From IMG/VR virus record IMGVR_UViG_3300025840_000024: a stretch of 64,000 nt of DNA. One strand, given 5' to 3'. The notes beneath the pieces are model-generated. The model was given only the letters and a program-made list of their open reading frames with translations, ran no database searches and was not told where the DNA came from. The position numbers and the translations under genes are program-made. The stretch is from an uncultured virus (IMG/VR IMGVR_UViG_3300025840_000024). Its lineage: Duplodnaviria; Heunggongvirae; Uroviricota; Caudoviricetes. Of this stretch, positions 1-11,300 are shown piece after piece (the stretch's first letter is position 1; every line of letters starts with the position of its first letter).

Positions 1-36
1 GGGTTTGATGATTTTGTTGAAAGATGGCACGAATAG
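1..36 (+). CDS. 3' end of an upstream hypothetical gene (partial)
   Basis: Frame 1 reads GFDDFVERWHE* and ends at TAG 34-36, just before a late promoter. Confidence 0.5.
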   Translation, partial: GFDDFVERWHE

Positions 37-37
37 C

Positions 38-45
38 TATAAATA
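38..45 (+). promoter_or_regulatory. T4-type late promoter TATAAATA
   Basis: Exact consensus 19 nt upstream of the gp25 start. Confidence 0.85.
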
Positions 46-64
46 AAGAAAAATCCCTTGTCTG

Positions 65-466
65 ATGGCAATAACTCGCATATCAAGAGCGTTTAAGGAC
101 ATTAGTTTGTCCTTTGAACCTCATCCTATTACGAAAGACTTGCCAATTCTGAAAAATGAAAGAGCAATTAGTCGCTCAATTCGCAATATTGTAGAAACAA
201 TCCCGAATGAAAGATTTTTTAATCCAGATTTAGGATCAGAAGTTCGTTCAAGTTTGTTCGAATTTGCCGATTTTGGAACCGGGTCTATCATTCGGGATCA
301 AATTTTAAATGCAATATCAAATTATGAACCAAGAGTTGAAGATGTTGATGTTTCTGTGGAAGTACTTCCAGATTCAAATGAATTTGAGGTTACAATAGTT
401 TTTAATATTATTGGACAAGAGATTCCAACACAACAGTTTACGTTCATATTAGAGGCAACAAGATAA
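65..466 (+). CDS. gp25: baseplate wedge subunit gp25
   Basis: FKDISLSF...AISRSIRNIVET.P.ERFFNP..GS..R..LFE...YEPRV gp25/GPW signature; lies before gp6. Confidence 0.93.
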   Translation: MAITRISRAFKDISLSFEPHPITKDLPILKNERAISRSIRNIVETIPNERFFNPDLGSEVRSSLFEFADFGTGSIIRDQILNAISNYEPRVEDVDVSVEVLPDSNEFEVTIVFNIIGQEIPTQQFTFILEATR

Positions 467-467
467 A

Positions 468-2375
468 ATGCCTTTTACAAAGTTTACAAATCTAGATTTT
501 GATCAGATAAAGACTTCAATAAAAGATTATCTCCGTGCAAATTCTACTTTCACGGATTTTGATTTTGAGGGTTCAAACTTTTCTGTTCTGATCGATACGT
601 TAGCATATAATACTTACATTACTGCATTTAATTCGAATTTGGTCGTCAATGAATCATTTTTAGATTCGGCAACAGTTCGAGAGAATGTAGTATCTCTTGC
701 AAGGAATATTGGATATGTTCCTTCATCAAGAACTTCATCCGAGGCAACCGTATCATTTACGGCAACAACAAGTGGAACTGATACATTAACTATACAAGCA
801 GGTCTAGTTTGTATAGGTAATCTTAGAGAAAGTTCTTACGTTTTTTCTGTTCCTGAAAATATTACGGCAACAGTATCCAATGGGGTTGCAACATTTAATA
901 ATGTTAAAATCAAAGAAGGAACGTTTTTAAAGAAAACTTTTACAGTTGATGGATCTCTAGATCAAAGATTTGTATTAGATAATTCATTTATAGACACCTC
1001 AACAATTGTTGTTTATGTAAAGGGTCCGAATGATAGTGGAAATGGGAATAAGTATGATTTAATTGAAAATATTTTCCAAGTTAATTCAACATCAGAAACG
1101 TTTTTAATTCAAGAAGTTCAAGACGAAAAATATGAACTTCTTTTTGGTGATGGATATTTTGGTAAAAAATTAGAAAATGATTCGGTAATTACCGTCACTT
1201 ATATTGTGACAAATGGAAAAGAAGGTAATGGTGCATCATCATTTTCTTTTGCCGGAGCATTCACTGATGATAATACTGCAACAGTCAGTGCTATAACAAC
1301 TATTCAGAGTTCACAAAATGGTTCTGATATTGAATCTATAGATTCTATTCGCAATTTTGCTCCTCGTTTGTATGCTTCTCAATATAGAGCAGTAACTTCT
1401 GGGGACTATGAGACAATTATTAAATCAAAAATATTTCCAAACGCAGAATCCGTATCCGTAGTTGGTGGAGAGGAATTAGATCCACCTCAATTTGGAAAGG
1501 TAATTATAAGTATTAAACCAAAAGGTGGTACTTATGTTTCAGATTTTAATAAGCAGCAAATAAAAAATAAACTTAAATTATATTCGGTTTCCGGCATTGA
1601 TGCGGATATCATCGATGCAAAAATACTTTATGTCGAATTAGATTCATCAATATATTATAACTCTTCTCAGGTAGGTAGTGTCGAAGATCTAAAATCTAGA
1701 GTTATTAATTCATTGACCGCATATTCAAGATCATCGGAATTAAATTCATTTGGTGGAAGATTTAGATATAGTAAAGTCCTTAGAACCATAGATGCAACAG
1801 ATGCTGCTATAACATCAAATATTACGAAAGTAAGAATTCGAAGGGATTTGAAGGTTAAAGTCAATTCTCCAACGCAATATGAAATTTGTTTTGGAAATAA
1901 ATTTCATGCAAATCCTGCCGGAAAAAATATTAAATCTACCGGATTTAAAGTTTTAGGAGAAACCAGTACAGTATACTTTACTGATACTCCAAATGAAGAC
2001 CTCCGAACAGGCACAATTTCTATCGTAAAGGACGTAGAAACAATCTCTAATGCAGATGGTACTATATCTTCCTCAATACCAGTTGTGGTCCAGTCAGCGG
2101 GTACTGTGAACTATGTTACGGGAGAAATACTAATAGGAGCCGTAACCATTACATCTACATCTTTAACTGGTGATATTGTGGAGATACAAGCATTCCCAGA
2201 ATCAAATGATATCATTGGTTTAAACGATTTGTATTTGTCCTTCAGCATTGGCAAAAGCAATATAAATATGGTAAAAGATGTTATTGCATCTGGTGATGAT
2301 ATATCAGGAACAGTATTTTCAAGAACTGATTATTATAGATCAAGCTATTCAAACGGGGAATTAAAGAGGATATAA
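468..2375 (+). CDS. gp6: baseplate wedge subunit gp6
   Basis: LDFDQIK...FTDFDFEGSN.SVLID.LAYNT, ESFLDSA..RENVVSLAR.IGY, FGDG.FG, RAVT..DY motifs. Confidence 0.95.
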   Translation: MPFTKFTNLDFDQIKTSIKDYLRANSTFTDFDFEGSNFSVLIDTLAYNTYITAFNSNLVVNESFLDSATVRENVVSLARNIGYVPSSRTSSEATVSFTATTSGTDTLTIQAGLVCIGNLRESSYVFSVPENITATVSNGVATFNNVKIKEGTFLKKTFTVDGSLDQRFVLDNSFIDTSTIVVYVKGPNDSGNGNKYDLIENIFQVNSTSETFLIQEVQDEKYELLFGDGYFGKKLENDSVITVTYIVTNGKEGNGASSFSFAGAFTDDNTATVSAITTIQSSQNGSDIESIDSIRNFAPRLYASQYRAVTSGDYETIIKSKIFPNAESVSVVGGEELDPPQFGKVIISIKPKGGTYVSDFNKQQIKNKLKLYSVSGIDADIIDAKILYVELDSSIYYNSSQVGSVEDLKSRVINSLTAYSRSSELNSFGGRFRYSKVLRTIDATDAAITSNITKVRIRRDLKVKVNSPTQYEICFGNKFHANPAGKNIKSTGFKVLGETSTVYFTDTPNEDLRTGTISIVKDVETISNADGTISSSIPVVVQSAGTVNYVTGEILIGAVTITSTSLTGDIVEIQAFPESNDIIGLNDLYLSFSIGKSNINMVKDVIASGDDISGTVFSRTDYYRSSYSNGELKRI

Positions 2376-2376
2376 C

Positions 2377-5300
2377 ATGATCGAAGCTGGTTTTGAATCT
2401 AGAATAAAGATTCAGCAAATAGTTGACAATCAACTCCCAGAATTTATTATAGATGAAAGTCCAAAAACTGCCGAATTTTTAAAGCAGTACTATATCTCTC
2501 AAGAATATCAAGGTGGCGTTGTCGATATTATTGACAATCTTGATCAATATTTAAAACTTGATAAGTTCAAACCAGAGGTTATAGTAGATAGTTCTACAAC
2601 AACACAAGCAGTTCTTGTAGATGATAGTACGATTAGTGTTAGTAGCACAAAAGGATTTCCATCAAAATATGGTCTCATAAAAATTGATGACGAGATCATT
2701 ACTTACACTGGATCAACTACAACAACTTTTACTGGTTGTGTTCGTGGTTTTAGTGGAATTACCAATTATCATCAAGAATTAAATCAAGAAGACCTCATAT
2801 TTTCAACATCATCTGCGTCGTCTCATGATGCAAATTCTCCTGTTCAGAATTTAAGTTCCTTATTTTTGAAGGAATTTTATAAAAAAATTAAATATTCTTT
2901 AACACCGGGACTAGAAAATTTAAATTTCACTGAAAATTTAAACGTTGGCAACTTTATTAAAGAAGCTAGAACTTTTTATGAGTCTAAAGGAACAGAAGAG
3001 TCCTTTAGAATATTGTTTAATGTTCTTTATGGAGAAACTCCAAAGGTAGTTGATCTAGAAAAGTTTTTAAATAAACCATCTTCATCTACATACATCAGAA
3101 GAGATGTAGTAGTTGCGGAAGCAATATCAGGAAATCCCTTAAATCTTGCTGGGCAAACTATTATTAAAACAACAGATTCTGGCAGTACAGCACCAGTGTC
3201 TGAAGTTGAAATAATTAATAGAAAAGGAAAAACTTACTATAAACTTTTTCTTTTTGTCGGTTTTGATGATGCATTTCCAACAACTACTGGCACATTTAAT
3301 ATTACAGGTAGTAGCAGAAATATAAACGATATCCTGACTACAGATACTGTCATTACGGTAGATAGCACCATTGGTTTTCCAGAGTCCGGAACACTTTATG
3401 CAGGAAATAATCAAATAACTTATACAAGTAAGTCTATAAATCAATTTTTTGGATGTTCAAACATTACAGAATATGTTCCTACTGCATCTATAGTTCGTTC
3501 TAATGAAACATATTATGGGTATGAAAATGGAGACATTACAAAAAAAGTAGAGTTAAGATTAACTGGCGTTATATCTGAGTATAATTCAGGAAAAGAAGAG
3601 TCATCAGTATCAGTTAATGAAAAATTAAAGGTAAAAAATCTTGGAGAAATAATTGAAAATCCAATAGATAATAAAACTTATAAAGAGATATTTGCAAATA
3701 GTTGGATTTATAATACAAGTTCCAGGTATGAAATCAATAGTTTTTCATCTGGAGAAACATCTCAAGTAACTTTAAGTAGTGATATTGACAAATCAAGTTT
3801 AAAGGTAGGTGATGTAGTAGATATACTTTCAAGAAATTCTCAAAATAAAGAAGAAACTGATTTAGAAATCACATCGATTGCAGGAAGAACAATTTCTTTA
3901 TCAAAGTCATTTGTACTTAAAAATGGTTTTAAGTATGATATTAGAAGAAAATTAAAGTCCTCTTCATCGAGAAATGTTAATTTAGAATTTAATTCTATAG
4001 TATCTGATATTCAAAATGTTTATAATGAAAATGATGAGTTTATGTATGTTGCATCAAATTCATTACCATCATATGAAATAACTAAAAATATTTTTAGTTA
4101 TAATGCATCAGGAGTTGGTGGAAAAAATACAAATACTGATCTTTATTCAACGATTACTTTTTCGTCAAAAGTTTCATTCAAAACTGGATCGGAAGTCTAT
4201 TACTCTGCAACTGGAAACGTAATTTCTGGATTGTCAGAAAGATCGTATTTTGTTGAGGTTTTATCCGACAATCTTTCAATAAGATTGCACGAGTCTAGAT
4301 CCACATTAGGAACTTCTGGATACAAATATTTTGGTATATTGCCCCCAGGAACTCATAATTTTGTTCTCAAATCTCAAAAAGAAAAAGTTATATCAGCTCA
4401 AAAAATATTAAGGAAGTTTCCATTATCGGTCAATATGGGCGATGGAAAATCTGATTTAATAACTCCAGGTTCTATTGGAATGTTAGTCAATGGAGTCGAA
4501 ATTACAAGCTATAAGACCGATAACAAAATTTATTATGGTCCTTTAGAGTCTGTTAATGTTTTATCTGGTGGATCTGGATACGATGTTATTAATCCTCCAC
4601 TTCTTTCCGTCGATTCTGGTACTGCTCTTGTCCAACCTGCAATAAGAGGGTCTGTAGAAAAAATATTAGTAGAACCACAAGATTTTGATATTGATGTCAT
4701 AGTCTCGGTTGTTTTAACAGGTGGTAATGGTAAAGGTGCATCTTTTGAACCTGTTATTAGAAAAAAACGTAGGGAAATAGAGTTTAATGCAGCACAATTA
4801 TCTAATGGTGGAGGTGTTGATGTTACAAACGAAACTATAACATTTACAAAACCTCATGGTTTAGTTGATGGAGAGCCAATTACTTATCTTGCTAGAACTG
4901 GAGTTTCTGCTTTAGGTATAGGAACTTTTAATGGTTCGAATGATAGTACTGGAGAAACCCTTAGCAATAATGTAACTTATTACACTAAGTTTATAAGTGA
5001 TAATACTATTCAACTTTACAAATCATTAGGTGATTATAAGTCTGGTATTAATACTGTAGGATTTACTTCTACTGGTACTTTGGGTATACAAAAGTTTGGC
5101 ACTCAAGTAAAAAATACATTATCAGAAATTAGAGTTATTAATGGTGGAGAGGGATATGAAAATAGAAAAATTTATGTCGATCCATCAAATATTAGTCTAA
5201 AAAATAGAAAAAACTCAATAACTTTTAAAAATCATGGATTTAATAGTGGAGAGTTAGTATCATATACATATGAAACATCTGCTGTTACTGGTCTTTCTTC

Positions 5301-8300
5301 GGCAAATCAATATTATGTAACTAAAATTGACGATGATACTTTTAAAGTATCTGATGCTGGAATAGGTGGAACCATAAAAACAAATTATGATAGACAAAAA
5401 TATGTCCGATTAGAATCTGGAGCAAGCGGATATCAAATTTTTAATTATCCAGATATTAGTCTTCAAGTAAATTATGGAGCGGTTGGATTAGGTAGCACGC
5501 AATTTAGAGGTTCAATCAGTGCTACACCTATCGTAAGAGGAAAAATTGTTTCTGCATTAGTATATGATCAAGGATCTGATTATGGATCTACTATTTTAAA
5601 TTATAATAAAAAACCAACAATTGAAATAAAAAATGGAAAAGATTCTCAATTTATTCCCATTATTTCAAATGGCGGTATAGAAAGAGTATCTATTCAAAGT
5701 AAAGGTAGAGAATATTATTCAGTACCAGACATTATTGTCAGTGGAAATGGAACCGGAGCTGAGTTAAAACCAGTATTGGTCAATAATAAAATTGATAGTA
5801 TTATTGTTGTTAATAGTGGTATAGGTTATTCAACATCAAATACAATAATTCAGGCAAAATCTGCAGGTAGTGGAGCATTACTTGATGCTAATATTCGTTC
5901 ATTAAATGTAAATAATAATATTTTTTATAATGACGTTACAAGTACAGATGCTGAAGCAAATGAGATTATATCTTCTTCTTACAATAAACTTCAGTATTCT
6001 ATTTGCGGATATGGAGATGTCATAAAAAATGAACTCGGAGATGTGGGAACAGACGCTTCTCCAGTTCATTCTCCAATTATTGGTTGGGCTTATGACGGTA
6101 ATCCAATTTATGGTGCGTTTGGATATTCCAATCCAAAAGATATTAAATCAGATACTAAACGTTTGGTTTCAGGATATTCTAAGAGTTTAAGCAATATACC
6201 AAATAGACCTTCCGAATCTTCTACTGGTGAGGTTGGATTTTTTATAGAAGATTACAAGTTTACAAATATTGGTGATTTGGATGAATATAATGGTAGATAT
6301 TGTGTAACACCCGAATTTCCCAATGGAACATATGCTTACTTTGCCACGGCAGTGGAAAATGCCGAAGGAGATAATGTAGGAGTATTTCCATACTTCATAG
6401 GAGATAGATATAGATCATCTTTTGTTAGTGAAAATAAAGATTTAAGTCAATCATTTGATTTTAATAATTCGAATTTAATTCGTAATACATTTCCGTATAA
6501 ACTTTCTGCCGATAATGCTGAGAACGATTTTATTATTGAATCAAACGAAATTGTTAAGCAGAATATTAATGTAGAATCTGTTTCTAAGGGATCTATTGAA
6601 AATTTTAATATTATAAACTCAGGAGACAATTATAAAGTTGGCGATACTCTTCAATTTAACGAATCTGAAACAGGGGGTAGCGGTTTAATAGCACAAGTAG
6701 GTAGAATTGGTGGAAAACAAATTGAATCAATTGAAACAACGACTTTACCATACAATGATTCAATTTTTGTTTGGAACGATAAAGATAGTGTAAAGGTAAA
6801 AGTATCTCCAAGACATTCTTTAGATAATTTAGACTATGTAACTATTTCTGGATTTTCAACTACTTTGACAGAGTTGTTAGGAACACATCAAATAGGAGTA
6901 ACATCTTATACGACTGTTCTCAATAAAGAAATTCCTGCTGCAGGAGTAGTAACTGATATTTACGTTTCAAGAATACCAAATAATGTTTCTATTGGAAGTA
7001 GTATTGAAATTGGATCAGATACTTTTACGTTATTGAATATTTTTAGAAATCAAGGTGTTTTAAGAGTTGATAGAGGGTCTGTCGGATCTGCTCATAGTGC
7101 ATCTACAACAGTTAATTTTATTCCAGATTCATTTACAATTAGTAAGTCATTACAATATTTTGATTCAAAAGAAAACGACTTAGTATATCTCAACCCTAAT
7201 CAATCTGTTGGTGTTGGAACAACAGCAGGAATTGGAGTTGCTGTAACTTACAATGTTGGCAACCAAACTAATAATATTATTTCCATACCTACTCAATCTA
7301 TTTTCCTACCCGGACATCCATTTAAAACAAATCAACAAGTAACTTTAACAAAGCCTACAGGATCATCTTCTATTTCTGTAGCAAATACTTCTGCAAGTTC
7401 TCCATTTGATTTGCCAGATGGAGATTCTCAAAATGTTTATATTATAAAAAAATCTCCTGATCATATTGGAATCGTTACTGAAGTTGGTTTAACTACAACT
7501 ACTAATGGGTTATTCTTTATTAATAATGGAGATAATAACTACAAATATTCTTTAGAATCTAATTTTACTCAAATAACTGCAGATATAAAAAGAATTAGAT
7601 CTCAAGTTTCTGTTTCAACCTCTCATGGTCTTACAAATGGGGACTCTATTAATCTAAGTGTTCAACCAAATCTTAATGTTGGTATTGGGACTAGCACATC
7701 TGTTGCAATAACTTTAGATGTTACACATAACTTACCCAGCATAAGAACTTATTTTAATCCAGGTGTTAGTGTTGATACTAGTAATGATGAAATAACAATA
7801 TCTTCGCATGGATATAAAACTGGTGATAAAGTATATTATTCTTATACAACCGGCGGAAGTATTGTTGATACTAATATTGGATCTTACTATATTTACAAAA
7901 TTGATGATAACACATTTAAACTATGCGAAACCTACTTAGATTCTACCAAAAATCCCCCAATAGTTAGTTCATTAACTAGTAGTGGTGATTCTACAAGTAA
8001 TTTCCGTTTAATATCTCCCCAAATAGAAGTAATAAAAGGAAATAATTTAGTTTTTGATACTTCAGACTCTAGTTTGTCTGGATATAACTTAAAGGTTTTT
8101 TATGATAATGAATTTAAAGATGAATTTATTTCTACCGGTTCAACAGATACTTTCAATGTAATTGCATCAGGAACTCCAGGAAGTGTAGGGTCTGCTTTAA
8201 CAGTTTATCATGATGAGAATATTCCTACTAAACTTTATTATAACTTAGAGAAATCTGGATATATTAGCACTGCTGATAAAGAAATAAAAAATTATAATGA

Positions 8301-11300
8301 AATACTATTTGTTGATAGTGTTTATTCTGGAACATATAATATTTCCGGATCTGGAACAACAACCTTTAATATTGTATTAGATAAGGAACCAGAAAAAGTT
8401 TCATATGCAAAAACAGAGTGTGATGTATTAAAGTACACTACAAATTCATCATCTGCTTCAGGAAGTGTTTCTGACATCAGAACTATATCACCAGGATTGA
8501 ATTATAAAAAGATTCCCGATTTTGTTAATATTGAATCTCAGTCAGGAACAGAAGCATATGTTGTTGTCAAATCAGATACTATAGGAAAGGTAAATCAAGT
8601 AAAAATTATTAATCAGGGATTTGAATATTCTTCTGATAAAACTTTAAGACCAGAAGCGTCTATTGATAAGTTAATAACATTAGATAATTCATATACTATC
8701 AGTTCTATTAATGTAACTAATGGAGGTAAAAATTACTTATCAACTCCAGATTTAATTGTTATTGATGGAGATACTGGTAAAGTTAATGATTCTGGGTTAT
8801 TGCGTGCAAATCTTTCAGGAAACTCAATAATATCAGTTTCGAATGTTGTTTCATCAAAGGGATTAACTTCAAATACTATTGTTAGAGCAATCAATAATAC
8901 AAATGGTATTGGAATTAATACTTTCTATGCATCATCTTCTGGTATTGTAACTTGTATTCTTACGACTCCAGCTACTGGTTTTGGTGAAGAACCATTCTCT
9001 ACCGGAGACAAAATATTTGTAGAAGGTCTTGAAAAGAGCAGTTCTGATGGTGATGGATTTAATTCCTCAGATTATGGATATAATTTCTTTACAGTTTCTT
9101 CCTATACTAATAGCGGAGTTGGAGTAAATGCAGAACTTGAGTTTGATATTTCAGGTTTAACAACAAATCCAGGTATAGGGCAAACCGTACAAAATGTATA
9201 TGCTTCGATAGTAAACTTTAATAATTATCCCAAGTTCAATGTTTCCTTAGACTATGCTCAATTTATTATTGGCGAATCTTTAGAAGTTAAAACTAATGTT
9301 GGGTTTGTTGAAGTGGATTTGAGAGTTTCCGAATCTAATAAAAACTCCATCAAAGTCAGTGGAGATTACAAAATTAAGAAAGATGATATTATAAGAGGAA
9401 GAGAATCTTATACTACAGCAACAATTAATACCATTAAAGAGTCTGTTGGTAGATTTGAAGTTGATTATTTTACCAGACAAGATATTGGATGGTCTGATGA
9501 TATTGGAAAATTAAATCAAGATACTCAAGTCATTCCAAATAATGATTACTATCAAAATCTATCCTATACTGTAAAGAGTAGACAAAAATGGGAAGATATT
9601 GTAAGTCCAGTAAATAAACTTCTCCATACTAGTGGTCTTAAGAATTTTGCGGATACTGAGATAATTAAAAACGTTGAGAGTGGAATAACAACCTCCGTAA
9701 GTGCTTCAATAACATTAGTTGATTTGATAAATCAAAATAGAGTAGATACTATCAATAATTTTGATTTTGTTTATGATGTAGACACCATTACTGGTGGATC
9801 TAGATATTTAAAATTTAAAAATAAGAGACTATCCGATTACATATATTGCAAAACAAATAGAGTTTTACAAATTGATGATATAAGTAACTTATTTGCAAAT
9901 AGTGAACAGTCACAGGAATTATCTTCAGCGGTTGATGACTTACAAACATCAAGAAAGTATAATAGATATTTAATTCAAATTACTAGTGATGATTACTCTG
10001 AAGTTCAATTTGATGAAATTATTGTCCTAAATGATGATGATGGAAATACATTTACCTTTGAAAAAGGTTCTATATCTAATGTTGGATTAACAACATCGGA
10101 TCACACTAAAATAGGTGATATTTCTATTGAAGATAAGAATGACATAAAAGTTTTAAAATTTAGTCCAAATAATCCTTACAGCACTGATTATAATATTAAA
10201 TATTTGAATTCATATTTTACAAGTTTTTCTTCTGGTATCGGAACAGAGTCATTTGGATTTATTGATTTAACATCTTCGGCAAAGATTGTTGGATCTGGAA
10301 ATACCTCCACATTAATTGGAATTTCAACTTCTAAAATTGAATCAATACATTCACAAATTCATATTATTGATAACACAAACAATAATATGAATTATGTTGA
10401 ATTGTTTGTTGATCATGATGGTACAAATACTAATATTTCCGAACTTTATTTTGATACTAATGAAGATGAATTAAGTTCCAACTTTATTGGTTCTTTTGGA
10501 GCTTCAATAAGTGGTGGAATTTTAAGTATTGAATATACAAATACAACTGACAACTCAATCATAGTTAGATCTAGAAATGTTGGATTCGGAACTACGGCAT
10601 CTGGAATTGGTACATATAGATTCAAATCTACTGGTCAACCAGATGAGTCTGAAAAAACAGTTATCTATGATGCATTATATTCAAATATTTCCGCTGCCTC
10701 TACAATTAAATCATTTGATGTAAATACATTTACCTCCCTCAAATCAACCGTAAAGGTTGGTGTTGGAACTACAAGTGCATTACACCAAGTGATGTTAATT
10801 TCGGATAGAACCAATGTTGTTACTATCCAACACCCATTTTTATCAATAGGAAGCACAAGCGGAATAGGGACATTCGGTGGAGATATAACTGGATCAGTAG
10901 TATCTCTAAAGTTTTATCCAGATCCAGAATTTTCTGGAAATCTTGAAATTTTAACATATAACGAACTATTTTATTCAGAAATAGATCAGATAAATGTTCC
11001 AAACACATTACAATACAATAATAATGCAGAGTCTGTCAATGTAAATCAATACCTTTCGGGTTTGGATAGAACTATTTTTGATTTAAATTATCAAAATACT
11101 CCAATCTTTACAAAATCCTTTGATCCAAACAATGCTTCTCAATTGAATTTGTCTACAGGAGAGTTTAATATACCGAATCATTTCTTCCAAACAAATGAAG
11201 AATTGATTTATAGACCAAAATCAACTTTTGTTGGTGTAGGTTCAACACCTATGCAGTATGAATCTGCAACTGGAATAGGGTCATTGCCATCAAGAGTATT

